A stretch of DNA of 64,000 nucleotides from Octopus vulgaris (lineage: Eukaryota). The DNA lies in contig OX597821.1 of assembly GCA_951406725.2 (NCBI GenBank), positions 3,968,001-4,032,000 of the forward strand. The letters run 5' to 3'. The position numbers and the translations under genes are program-made. The first letter of the stretch is position 1. Every line of letters starts with the position of its first letter. Of the stretch, positions 1-12,699 are shown one piece after another. The notes under the pieces are model-generated. The model did no database searches. It had not been told where the DNA came from and was given only the letters and a program-made list of their open reading frames with translations.

Positions 1-29
1 GGAAGCTACATTTGGAACAAATTGTGAAC

Positions 30-440
30 ACATAGAACATCCATTAGCCTTCCGAGTCCCTAAAACATGAGCCGAGAGTGATAAAAATCTAACATCCAGT
101 CACCATCATGGTGTTTGAAGTGATTACTAGTGATGGTGACGTTATGCCGCCATTCATCTTCCCACACCACCTCAAACTCAACACAGAGGCCTACATCAAC
201 ACTCTGGAGGAGGTAATGATGCCCTTTTTCAAATGGATTGCTGCTAGAAGACTTTGTCTGTCAAAAGGAATCTGCAGCATGCCACACAAGCAGCAAAACA
301 CAATCACAGCTATCAGACAATTTCTGTGACCACATCACCCTTAACATCTGGCCAGCTAACTCCCCAGACTGCAAACCTCTTGATTATTATGTGAGGGGTA
401 CAGTTGAGCGAGAGTCCAACAAAACTCCTTGTAACAAAAA
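30..440 (+). pseudogene. Tc1/mariner transposase fragment, DD37D (maT-like) catalytic region
   Basis: ORFs 108..329 and 238..573 join across a frameshift: MVFEVITSDGDVMPPFIFP...LNTEAYI..LEEV then (D>E)SAACHTS...WPANSPDCKPLDYY. There are 37 residues between the 2nd and 3rd catalytic positions. Confidence 0.85.
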
Positions 441-1329
441 AAACATGAACTGCAAGCTAGGGAAAATGTTTTTTATTTTTCGTGAAAAACCGACGTATAA
501 TCGAGAAAGCCTAAAATCGAAACGAATTAAGCCGGGGTATGCCTGTATATATATGAACGTATATAATATATAAATAAGAGGGAAAATTAACAGAGAAAAT
601 GAAAAAAACTTGACGGTTGATTGGAAAAATGGAGGTTGAAAGAAAGGGAGATAATGATTTAAAAAGGGGATGAATGAAAGGGAGATAATAAAGTGCTAGT
701 GATCCCAAAAAGAAAAAGCCTATGTGCGTGTGTGTATATGTGATAATGGTGAGTGAGATATTAAGGGTGAGTGACTCCGACATGTGAGAATGTATAATTT
801 TTGACGTGTATGTGTATGTTGTGTGCTTTTTCATGTGGTGTGTGCATATGTCTGCGTGTATCTGTATGTTGCTGTCACCAAACAATGTGCATGAGTGTGG
901 TGTATATATGTGAGCTAAATTTCTCTTTGTCTATTATGTTGCGTGTTTCGTGTGTAGGTATATATAACTTGTGTTCAGGTGTTACGTGCTTGTGTCGGTG
1001 TAGGATGAAGTGGTAAGCGATGAGTTGAAACAGAATTCTCAACGACGTGGTTGTCACTGCAGAGCCTGCAAATAGGGAGGAATTTGGAACGGGTGATGGA
1101 GAGCTTGGTGAGGGTTGGGTGAGAGAAGGAGACGTTAATATAAGAGTGTGAGTCAGTGTGTTTGCAGTGGATAGAGGGAATGAAAATGGAGTGGTGTATT
1201 GTGATAGAAATGTCGAGAAATTAGACGGAAGAGTTAGAAATAGTACAGACATATTTGGGGGCAGAAGGGGATTGCACAAAAGAGAGGAAGGAGTCAAGTT
1301 GTTCGCGCAAGACTGATGTTACGCCGATG

Positions 1330-1600
1330 CAGAATTGTGAGAATCGTTGTGCCTCAACGTAGCCAACGAACAGGTTCGCTTAATTGGGGGCCTTTTTCGT
1401 TCTCATGGCCAGTCGCGAGACTTGTTGGTACAAATCCCATGCGAAAGAGAAGCAGTTAAGGGAGAGAACATGTTCGGCCAGACGAAGAAATGTAGAGGGG
1501 TCAGGTGGGGGCTCAGGTCGAAGGGCCAGAAAGTGTTTCAACACCAGGAGTCCGCGTTCTGTGGGATCACCGTATATAAACTCTTGATATCAAGGGCTTT
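1330..1600 (-). pseudogene. Penelope-like element reverse transcriptase fragment
   Basis: Manual minus-strand translation: LDIKSLYTVIP / frameshift / GLLVLKHFLALRPEPPPDPSTFLRLAEHVLSLNCFSFAWDLYQQVSRLAMRTKKAPN*ANLFVGYVE. This matches PLE RT motifs DxxSLYTxIP and YxQxxGxAMGxxxAPxxANLF. Confidence 0.85.
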
Positions 1601-1654
1601 CAATTTCCTTCAAAGGCACAAGATATTGGAAGGCGTAAGGGAATACTAGAAGAC

Positions 1655-1740
1655 AGTTGCCCAACGTGACCTGTAGTGAGACTGAACCCAGAATTATGTG
1701 GTTGAGAAGAACGCTACTTACCGCACAACCACACCTGTAC
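1655..1740 (-). mobile_element. SINE family A head fragment
   Basis: Similar to the 5' part of the full copy at 42650-43037. Confidence 0.6.
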
Positions 1741-1777
1741 CGCTGTATAGTTATTTATTTAATTATCGACATGCATG

Positions 1778-1917
<140 letters not shown>

Positions 1918-1924
1918 TTCCTTC

Positions 1925-2185
1925 TCGAGCCATGCCTGGCGTATAGCCTTGGCGTATAGGCTTCCCATCTGGACGGGACGCTGGTCCGTCGCAGATGAGC
2001 TGCAGAATGCAAGAGGAAAGAATAGAGAAAGTTGTGGCGAAAGAGTCAGCAGAAGTTCGCCATTACCTTCTGTCGGAGCCGCGTGGAGCTTAGGTGTTTT
2101 CGCTCATAAACACACACAGCGCCCGGTCTGAGATTCGAACCCCCCAATCTCTCGACCGCGAGTCCGCTACTTTACACTCACCGCA
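1925..2185 (-). mobile_element. tRNA-derived SINE family B
   Basis: Minus strand has a tRNA-like head (gcggactcgcggtcg...ggttcgaatc B box), gtgtgtttatgagcgaaaacacct, and the gcgacggaccagcgtcccgtccag block shared with 23370-23620. Confidence 0.75.
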
Positions 2186-2188
<3 letters not shown>

Positions 2189-2240
<52 letters not shown>

Positions 2241-2428
2241 ACATACACACATACATATATGTAAGTATGTATTTATGTATCAATGTATGTTTATATGCTT
2301 GTACGTACGTATATTGGCATGATGTATGCAAGTATGTATATATGCACGTGTGATAGAATGTTTGTATGTATGGAGGATTTTCTGTATATGAAGCGAACCA
2401 AAGTACACACACACACACACACACACAT

Positions 2429-2462
<34 letters not shown>

Positions 2463-2543
2463 TGATAAGGATAGATAGATAAGGAACAAAGTGAGGGGCA
2501 TGGGAAGATATAGACATTATTAACTATATGCTTGTGTGTATGC

Positions 2544-2596
<53 letters not shown>

Positions 2597-2618
2597 TGTG
2601 TGTGTGCGTGTGTGCTAC

Positions 2619-2652
<34 letters not shown>
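2189..2652. repeat. (CA)n, (TAGA)n, (TG)n, (TA)n microsatellite cluster
   Basis: Direct reading. Confidence 0.95.
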
Positions 2653-2658
<6 letters not shown>

Positions 2659-3706
2659 CTTCCTTTCTCCTGCAAATGTTGCACGTCTGATTAAATGCCA
2701 AATGATATTTAATGCTGAAATCGATTCCATTGCAGAAGTGTCGCGTTGTAAGGTTTCATTTCAACTTCTTCATTAAACTGAAGCCATATAAGAGGGATGT
2801 GTACAACCGAATATGTGTTGAAGAATTCACGGATGACGATGTACGGACAGAATCAATATAGATTTGGTCAATGAAATAGAATACAGCAAACAAGTTCTCT
2901 AGAGTGTTTCTCCCAAAATATCCGCCTCCATGTCAAATACTTGTCATGCTAAGCACCACAATACGAAACCTACTGCAAGATATTTCATCAAATTGCTGAA
3001 GTTGATGTATTCTATATTTATACTCTGCTCCCAGTCTCTCTTATTGTTTATACGCGCGCCTGTCATTCTACGAGTGACTCTGACTGCTCCCTCCTTCACT
3101 CACACTTTATATCACTCATTCACACTGACAATCACTCACACGTTATATCTGTCCATCTCATGGGCTTTTTTTATTTCTCTCACTCCTTCCCTTTCTCTCT
3201 CTCTCCTGAGTGCCAGAATTTACGTCACACCTTAACAGCTATTAACCCTTTACTGTATAAATAACCGTTGGAATTAATTTACTATTTTCATATCTGCTTC
3301 TTTTGTTACTCGTAAGCGTAAACTAGAGTACATTAAGACGAGACAATTCGACTCATAATTTGTTTCACGCAACTAGTCCATACACAAGTTTTCTCTCTGC
3401 CTTTTTGAGAGCAACAATAATGGTGAATGTTCTTCTGCTATATTCAATGCCACACATTTTCGTCCCACTCGTCTCCATTGCAAGAGATAGAACGCCGCAC
3501 TAACAAATACTTCCAGGTACTTCAAATACCAGACGTCAGACCTACGTTGAATTAGTTCTTTGCGGTGATCTTTAGTGCAAATGTCGAATTTTATCAAGTT
3601 CAAACTGTAGGTAGGTTGAAGGCACAAATAACTCCGATGTATGTAAGGCAGAGGAGGACAAGCGTGCGTGCAGCTCCTATGTCTACACCGAGAGTCAAGG
3701 ACAAAG

Positions 3707-3721
3707 TTACTACTACTATTG

Positions 3722-3757
<36 letters not shown>

Positions 3758-3781
3758 TAATTACTACTGCTGCTGCTTCAG

Positions 3782-3863
<82 letters not shown>

Positions 3864-3870
3864 TAATAAC
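3707..3870. repeat. compound (ACT)n-(GCT)n-(ACT)n-(AAT)n microsatellite
   Basis: Direct reading. Confidence 0.95.
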
Positions 3871-4384
3871 AAAATACCGCTAAGCATTCTCGCCCGGTTT
3901 GCTATCGTTTCTGCCAGCTCGCCACCGAAGTATTACTAGTACTTCTACTACTACAAGTAATCGTAGAGTTGAGAAAACCCATCCCATCATTTGACTAGCA
4001 CTTCATTTTAGCGTCACTGAGAGGGTCGAAAAGATAAAGTTGTGGAGACGGGACAGTCAGTTGAACATCGTCCACTTGTTGTATTTACCTATACAAGAGG
4101 TCAAAGGTTTTGATACTAGAGATCGATGGTTTTGATGTAAAAATATATACAAATAGCTTCAAATCTGCGCGTGTGTTTCGCCGACACGCAAGACGCTTCC
4201 AATACTGACACATTAACCACTTCTAACTGAACGTGAAGGGAATCATGGTCAGTCATCTGAACGGGTTAAACCTTTTAGTGGTTATTACCACATGTGTACA
4301 GATGACAGAAACAGACTTAAGCAACTCGTAGGATATAGAATTCTGTGAATATGGTTTTATCCTATGGTTATCTCATTTGACATG

Positions 4385-4680
4385 AAGACGTGCGTCTTGT
4401 TGGTTAGGGTATTTGGCTCATCCTCTTGAGTTCGATTCCCGGCCATGTATTGTGTTCTTGAGCAACACACTTTATTTCACGTTACTTCAGTCTACCCAGC
4501 TGCCAAAAATGGGCTGAGGCTGTATTTTAAATGGGCCAGGTTTGTCACAATTTGCGTCACGCTGAATCGTGGTGTTCTCAGCCCCTTGCACGTTAATTTT
4601 ACGAGCAGGATGTTCTGTTGATCGGGTCAACTAGAGCCCTTGTCATCGTAACCGACAGAGGGCCGGTTCCTGTTGAGACC
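4385..4680 (+). mobile_element. degenerate tRNA-derived SINE (family B related)
   Basis: tggttagggt A-box-like, gagttcgattcc B box, and tgtgttcttgagcaacacactttatttcacgtt shared with 23370-23620 and 54285-54532. Confidence 0.65.
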
Positions 4681-5164
4681 CCATTTTTGTCTTTTTGGCC
4701 TTATTTCTTTTACTTTATTGAAAACGACACGAAGAAAATCGTAAGAATATTTGAAAATAAGGTGAAAATATTTTATTTGGATGCAAGAAGCTAATTCCTG
4801 TCACAGATAAAACTTTATAGATGCTTTCAAGTGTTATGTTGTAGGTTAGAGTTCTCCATAGCAGCAGCATCACGATGTCTTGCAGTCTTCAATTTTGCTA
4901 CCAAAACAAAAACCAAAAAAAAAATCAAAAACAACAAATAAATGTTAATGCCACTTTAGCAATTAATTCTTGCATAAATATTATTCAGTTGGTCCTCTCA
5001 CAGGTGTGTGTACCTGCGTATGTCTCGTTTGTACGTATGTATATATGCGTGTCTTTGTGGATGTGTATGTATGTATATGATTGAAAATAAGCATATACAC
5101 ACATACATAGAAATATATATAAATGATAGATAGATACATACTTACATGCATACAAAATATGTCA

Positions 5165-5545
<381 letters not shown>

Positions 5546-5952
5546 ATAAATACATACATACTTACATACGGACATTTCTAGCCGTTATCGTGATGCAATT
5601 TTATTAGCATGCTTCCGCTTTCTGCTGACAGCTTTGTGGAAGTTTAGTGACAGATTGAATAGAATGTCTACATTAGGACAATGCATTACACGACACCAGT
5701 ATAGTGCTCATAAATTATTCATAACCTTATTCATTATCTAGCGAAATTTCTACTACTTTCAGTAATGTTATATAATTAATTATACTTATTCCTCAATCTG
5801 TATCCATTGTAACAAATTTAGACCATGGCACCTATTCTGATACGATTCAAAAGTGGAATGACGATACATCCTGTCAAATGATATTACTTAGCGTTCGTAA
5901 ATTGATCATCGCGTTTCATCGCCTTTCTCGGAGGATATTACATGTATCACAT

Positions 5953-5956
<4 letters not shown>

Positions 5957-6016
<60 letters not shown>

Positions 6017-6124
6017 CAACAACAACAATAATAATAATAATAATAATGATGATGATGATGATGATGATGATGATGTTGATGATGATGATGATGATGATGA
6101 TAATGATGATCATGATCATGATAA

Positions 6125-6216
<92 letters not shown>
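5957..6216. repeat. (AAT)n/(AAC)n/(GAT)n compound microsatellite
   Basis: Direct reading. Confidence 0.95.
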
Positions 6217-6217
<1 letters not shown>

Positions 6218-7356
6218 GAGGCATTATACAGCTGGAAAACTACTATAAAATAACCACCATATGACTGCAAAAATATCTACTTCAGAAGGAAGGAAAACTG
6301 ATCCAAATAGCGGAAAAACATGAGCAAAACAAAAAAATGCTCTCAGTATTTAAGGAAGCTGACAAATACAAACAAGAAATCATACCACCTAATAAACATG
6401 AAGAAGAAGAAGAAGATGAAGAAACAACAAAAGCTATAAAACAAATGAAATCCAAACTAAAAATAGAACAGCAACGAACCATGATAAAACGATGGCAAGA
6501 AAAGCCCCTTCATGGTAAATACTGGACTAAAATAAACGCAAAAGAAATAGACAAAGAAAAATCCCAGCAATGGTTGAGAAGCTCAGGACTCAAAGCAGAA
6601 ACAGAGGGATTTTTAATTGCAGCACAAGACCAAATCCTCCCCACCAGAAATTACCAAAAACATGTAATGAAAAGAAATATTACAAGTAACTGCAGAATAT
6701 GTGGAGATGGACAAGAAACAATAAATCATATTATCTCTAGCTGCTCAGTCTTGGCTAAGAAGGAATATATTCACAGACATGACAGAGTTGGAACCTACAT
6801 ACATTGGAAGCTATGCCAACATTATGGAATAACAACAGAAAAAAGATGGTATAGGCACACACCAGAAAAGGTCACAGAAAACGAGAAAGCAACCATATTC
6901 TGGGATATGCCGATACACACAAATAGAGAAATTAAGGCCAACAGACCAGATATAGTTGTCAGAGATCATGAAGAAAAAAATGCTTTCTAATTGATGTATC
7001 AATACCGGCTGATGACAACGTGTCTCTAAAAGAAATGGAGAAACTCTCAAAATACAAAGACCTGGAAATAGAGGTAACTAGAATGTGGAATCTGAAAACA
7101 GAAACAATTCCTATCATAGTAGGTGCATTAGGCATGATAAAAAAATATTCAGACAAATACATAACAAAATCACCAGGACTTACAAACACATATAACATAC
7201 AGAAAATTGCACTACTAGGCACTGCACACATCCTACGCAGAACACTTTCCATACAATAACCATCAGAGCATCACAACAAATCACAGCACATACCCAAGGC
7301 ACACAGAGCTGTGCTCGGTAGTGAAGTGAAAGCACGCTATAAAAATAAAACTACTG
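6217..7356 (+). mobile_element. 5'-truncated R4/Dong-like non-LTR retrotransposon (RLE endonuclease)
   Basis: WQEKPLHGKY, ETEGFLIAAQDQ, CCHC knuckle CRICGDGQETINHIISSC, RHDRV, RPDIVV...IDVSIP, EKLSKYKDL, IPIIVGALG, ALLGTAHILRR. One TGA at 6262 and one frameshift in the A-run at 6974-6980. AATAAA at 7344; (AAT)n on both sides. Confidence 0.9.
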
Positions 7357-7362
7357 AATAAC

Positions 7363-7414
<52 letters not shown>
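7357..7414. repeat. (AAT)n tract between the two R4/Dong-like elements
   Basis: Direct reading. Confidence 0.95.
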
Positions 7415-7416
<2 letters not shown>

Positions 7417-8727
7417 GCTTTAACTGAGAATATCTCAGAAGAACCAAGTTAATTATAGGAAAGAGTCTGAATGGGAAAAAAAAACAAAATCCTGGCAATG
7501 AACACTTGGGCTGTTTCTTTAATGTGATTTGGTGCAGGTTTTGTTAGGTGGACAAAGAACGAGCTTGAGGAAATGGGGAGGAAAACTGGAAAAGTGATGA
7601 TAATTAACAAGAAACGATGGCCCAAAATGATGCTGACAGACGGTATGTGCCTAGAAACAGGTGTGGAAGATGTCTTATAGGATGCAAGGTCTCTGTTATC
7701 AACGAGAACAGTTTAGGATGGTGCATCAAACAGCAGAGTGAATCCTCGCTTGCCGCTGATAGAATTTACAGTATAATACCTACTGAAAATGTGATACACC
7801 CACAAATATTTAAGAAACAAGATGAAGAAGAACGAATAAACAAATGGACAATGAAAGCACCGTCTAGGCAATACTTCTCAGAAATTGACGGAAAAGACAA
7901 TATCCACACTTGGAGATGGCTAAAAACAAGTGATCTGAAAGGATGCATTGAGGTATTGACATGAAACGCCAAAGAACATGCTCTAGAGCATTATCACACC
8001 ATGTTCCAAACACATGAGTAGTGAATCGCCCCTTTGTAGGGATTGTGGCAGCAGAAATGAAACAATCTCACATATTGTGAGTGTAGCGAGATGTCTAAAA
8101 AGCACGACAGATGGAGACACGATAATGCCTCCAGTTCGTACACTGGATGCTATTTGAAAATTACAGCCTGAACAGAGCACGAAAATGGTACGAACATGAA
8201 CCAGAAGGAATCACCGAAAACGAGGAACATAATATAGTGTGGGATTTTACAATCCAATGGGACTCCCTAATGGGGGCTTTGAAACCAGATATTGCTGTGG
8301 TAGATAAAGGAAAAAGGAAACCACGATCATAGATATTGCAATACCTGGAGATACACGCATTATTGACAAAGAAGTAGAAAAGATTGAAATGTACAGACTA
8401 CTAAATAACGAAATTACACGAATGTAGAGTGTCTGTCATTCCAGTTGCTGTAGGGGCACTTGGGGCACTAACAACCAATTTCGAGAAATATGTTAAAGAA
8501 ATCGAAATTCACAAATCCAGAAAGCTGCTCTGATTGGGCCAGCTATGATTTGAGACTGATATTAGGATGTTGAATGTTTCCCACGGTATTTAACAACCAA
8601 GTATGAAAGCTTATATCATGTGCAGAAAGAGACACTGTGAGACCTCTGACGGCAGGCTACTGCCTACTCTCACGAAATCTGCCAGAACAAAAATTGCCGA
8701 TCGTTCTAAGTAAAACAATAATAATAA
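7415..8727 (+). mobile_element. older, degenerate R4/Dong-like element of a second family
   Basis: AMNTWAV, RRYVPRNRCGR, TWRWLKTSDLK, CRDCGSRNETISHIVS, KWYEHEPEG, WDFTIQ, KPDIAVVDK, IDIAIPGD. Many stops and frameshifts; ends in aacaataataataa. Confidence 0.85.
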
Positions 8728-8729
8728 CG

Positions 8730-9020
8730 GTTTCTGTTAGGGGGCTCAACGCCTAGAATTTGTCTATCATTTCTCCGTATTTTCCGTCCATGGTTTTGTA
8801 TACATTCGCTGCTTTCTTCTAAGGAATCTAGTGCTCTTAGCTTAGTTTTTCATTGGGGCTGCCCAGACTGGACTAATCTCGATTATAACCAGCCGAAATT
8901 CCAAAGATAATCTCGAACGCGACTGAATACAGAAAACTCCGAATGACTCGTCCTTGCTTTATTTTATCGCCTGTCTGGATGTTTTGCGTTCTTGTCTCAT
9001 TTTAGAATTCCTTTTTATAT
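8730..9020 (+). mobile_element. repeat fragment with a permuted hammerhead-like motif (possible PLE pseudo-LTR)
   Basis: GAAA-stem-UC-stem-CUGA order at 8888-8951, followed by a T-rich tail that ends in TA repeats. Confidence 0.35.
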
Positions 9021-9082
9021 AAATATAGCGACGCACGTACAACTTGGTCTATAATATATCCGAAATCAGATCGCCATGTTGA

Positions 9083-9282
9083 TTCGTTAGCTACTGCACG
9101 CATTTTTTTTCTCTCCTTCTTTCTGTGTTTTTTTTCTCTCTGTGTATCTTTCTGTTGAAGAGCGTAGGCTCGAAACGTTAAAGACTTGTTTTATTTATAT
9201 TTCCTGAGCGCCATACTAATACAATTGTTCGTTTGTTTTCCACATGCCTTCGTCTTTTGTCTATTTTCATAAAGCTCCCCGT
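9083..9282 (+). mobile_element. short PLE pseudo-LTR-like repeat with minimal hammerhead variant (copy 1)
   Basis: tcttt-CTGTTGAA-gagc gtag gctc-GAAA-cgtt-aaaga at 9147-9184; homologous copies at 11739, 21429 and 52342. Confidence 0.65.
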
Positions 9283-10439
9283 TATATATATATAATATTA
9301 ATTAGAGACAAAACCACTATTTTGCAAATCAAACAAAGAAAGACTTAATCCAATACATAAACAAATTTAATATAAATTAAATAAAATATATATATATATT
9401 TGTGTGTGTGTACAGAGACAGTGTGTGTCTATGTACTTTTGGGTTCAGTGTGTTACTACTCATTCTCGATAATAGTGTAATGGAAATAGGTACATTTTCA
9501 TTTATATTCGCATATCGGCAACAGCAATTGCTTCACTGCTTACCGCCTTATTGAATTTGCATATTTGTAGGCTTAATTACTCGCCCTGTGCAGTACGCTA
9601 ATTAACAAATTTCTCTCAGTTTGAACCTCATTTTTCAAACTTTAATGGCTTTCTCAACAATATTCTTATAAGGCATTTTCTACCGTTGGCCTTCGAGAAA
9701 TACGTTAAAATTTAAAACCTATTATTGTACTCTTATGTGAATAGATGCAAGCAAAACTGGAGAAATATAGGATGATATCTGCTGATTTATTGAAATTTAT
9801 GTTTACTTTTATATTTGACACTTTCATTCATGGGTAACCTAATATATTGCACGATTCCAGTTTCACAACACTTGGTGATCCATTGAGAGTTAAATGGATG
9901 GACTGTGGTGTGATTTGAACGGAAAGTTGTGAAATATCAAACTACGTACGGGATGTTTGACGATTGTAATAAAATTACCAATGCTCAAATTAAACATTAC
10001 AGACGAGTAGTAAACAATATATATAGTTACACCTTTTACATTATCATTTAAAATCTCTCAGGGTTCAGCTTTCTTAATTCTTGGGTTAATTCAATATGTA
10101 TTCAAGTACATGGGTCAATATATTTCATTATACCTTCACCGCAAATACATGAACTACCTTGCCAGTCGAAAGATTTATTACACATTGCAGGTTGTTGTAT
10201 GCATATATGGTGCCACTGAGTGATAAGATTTCCTTTCAAACGTATTTCACTAAGTTTCAAAACACACACAGGACTACTGAGCTTTGTTGAAATTACCAGA
10301 GAGGCATTATATTTTTGAAACAAAATCAAAAATTGAAATTTGCTGGTTCCATTAATAAAAAAGGACAAGCACTGATGAGACAGTTTCTATCAACTGCGCC
10401 TTAAGATTGTAAGTTCAAGCGCGAGATAGGTGCAAATGC

Positions 10440-10551
10440 TGTAAAGACTGAACTGAAATAAGACACTGCGAGACCTCTGACGGCTGGCTGCTGCCTGCTC
10501 TCACTAAATCTACCAGAACCAAAATGACCTATCGTAAAACAATAATAATAA
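10440..10551 (+). mobile_element. 3' end fragment of the second R4/Dong-like family
   Basis: agacactgcgagacctctgacggctggctgctgcctgctctcac...aaacaataataata matches 8630-8727. Confidence 0.8.
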
Positions 10552-10554
10552 CCT

Positions 10555-10700
10555 TCCTGTTTTAAGCGCAAGGCCTGGAGTTATGGGCGAAAGGGCAATT
10601 CGATTGCATCAATCCCATTATGCAAAAGGTAATTATTTTATTGACCTCCAGAGGTTGAGAGGCACAGTCAACCATGCCGGAGTTTGAAGTCAGGAAACGT
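10555..10700 (-). mobile_element. degenerate SINE family C copy
   Basis: Reverse complement resembles the ttcaaattcc...gtcgactttgcctttcatcc...aggccttgtgcct unit. Confidence 0.6.
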
Positions 10701-10702
10701 CA

Positions 10703-10724
10703 GATATATATATATATATATATT

Positions 10725-10797
<73 letters not shown>

Positions 10798-10810
10798 TTA
10801 TATATATATT

Positions 10811-10893
<83 letters not shown>

Positions 10894-10928
10894 TTATATA
10901 TATAAATATATATATATTTATATATATA
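10703..10928. repeat. (TA)n microsatellite
   Basis: Direct reading. Confidence 0.95.
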
Positions 10929-11344
10929 AAGGTACCCGAGAACGAGCTAGTACCGTTAAGCAAACAGTTGATGTAATATACTATCAAAGTAGACCAGTGT
11001 GGGATTTGAATTCAAAACGCTATGAGCGTGAATATATCAAGGCAATCCATCCGAGGCTTTAAAGCTTCGGGCATTCTATTGTCTAGTCTTGCTGAAAGAA
11101 ATGCGAAGTTTGAGTTGAGACGGGTTTTAAGTCGAAATAAAGTCTCGTATGGCATTTCGTTCCACCTACCCTTGTTTGTCTGTATTTGGCAGTCTCAGCG
11201 TAGAACAAAAACAATTAGCTAGTATTAGTTTGTGTTCAGAGTTCATAGCTTGTTCAGTTTTGATTTACGTTTATAAAATCAGAGGATCATCAAGTGAAGT
11301 ACGTAAGCAGATCATAGTTTGACGAAATATAAAAGTGTGAAATT

Positions 11345-11556
11345 TTGTGCTTTAACGTATTGGTCTGTGATAAATATGCGATCGTAAAAACGAGGATCGA
11401 GATGGGACTCTTCCGAAACACATCTGGGGTAATGTCAATCGACAGGGTGCATAAATCGGAGACCAGAGAATTACTTCAGGCCGAGCCGCTAATTGCCCGC
11501 ATTGAGTTGTCACAGCTCCACTGCTGTAAACACGTGATTAGAATGTCACAGGATAT
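11345..11556 (+). pseudogene. RTE-clade LINE C-terminal ORF fragment
   Basis: EMGLFRNTSGVMSIDRVHKSETRELLQAEPLIARIELSQLHCCKHVIRMS matches the RTE pattern EMxFLRRIxGVTxxDRVRxxEIRxxLxVEPLxxRIERxQLRWxGHVxRM. Confidence 0.8.
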
Positions 11557-11563
11557 AATCACT

Positions 11564-11635
<72 letters not shown>

Positions 11636-11738
11636 CAGAAAAGGCCAAAAGAACTTTTCTAGACATGGGTCCATGAGACCGTTTTCCAGGGTTCTATGGC
11701 GTAAATACTCCGACCCCTAGATGCCATAGCATGCAGTC

Positions 11739-11902
11739 AGATCACTAGCCACTGCACATTCTCTATTTTCTGTGTTCCTTTCTGTGGAAGAGCGTAGACT
11801 CGAAAAGTCTAAGAGGCTTTCACTTCACGCGTGTTAAACTAATACATCTGATTGTTGTCTACACCACATGTCTTCATCTTTTGTTATTTTTGTGTGAATT
11901 TT

Positions 11903-11905
<3 letters not shown>
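11739..11905 (+). mobile_element. short PLE pseudo-LTR-like repeat (copy 2)
   Basis: ctttctgtggaagagcgtagactcgaaaagtc...actaataca; ends in (TA)n. Confidence 0.65.
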
Positions 11906-11978
<73 letters not shown>

Positions 11979-12493
11979 ATAGGCAGACAGACAGACAGAT
12001 TGATAGATAGATAGATATATAGATATATAGATAGATAGATAGATATAGATAGATAGATAAATAGATGGATGTAAAGTTCCAAAGCTTAAACATAAACACA
12101 ACAACGGAACAAACGGTAAAATTCTCACACAAGACAGGGGGTGCTCTTTCTTCGTCAGTTGTCGTCCAAATATTTTGAATATTTCACCCCTTTAACGATA
12201 ATATTGATAATTTTGGGTAGTATCTATAGCAGGGATTTGCATGGAATATCAAGCATACGTTGAAGTCTGATGAAAACAAACATGAAACGGACGTGAATAT
12301 ATAACCAAGGCTAATATACAATATGTAAACGGGTCTAAGATGATACGAACATAAGGGAAAGGCAACGGAAATTTTTCAATAGCGATAAAAACGGAAATGA
12401 GACAGAAAAGAACAGAATGACAAATGAAGAAAAACAAACCGGGAACGAGCGAATCGGGAGCGCATATATACATATACTTACATACTTACATAC

Positions 12494-12578
<85 letters not shown>

Positions 12579-12699
12579 TGTATACACACGCACACACTCA
12601 CAAATACAAACAGATATATGTATTTTTATGAACACAGAGATAGACAAAAATAAATGGAAAGAACATAAAACGAATATATATATATATATATATATTTGA

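Noticed and set aside
6262-6264. In-frame TGA as possible selenocysteine
   Set aside because: It lies in a truncated, frameshifted element, no SECIS is evident, and a simple nonsense mutation explains it.
10102-10368. CNKSF and KGNLIT suggest a C2H2 zinc finger
   Set aside because: No correct C-x2-C-x12-H-x3-H spacing or TGEKP linker.
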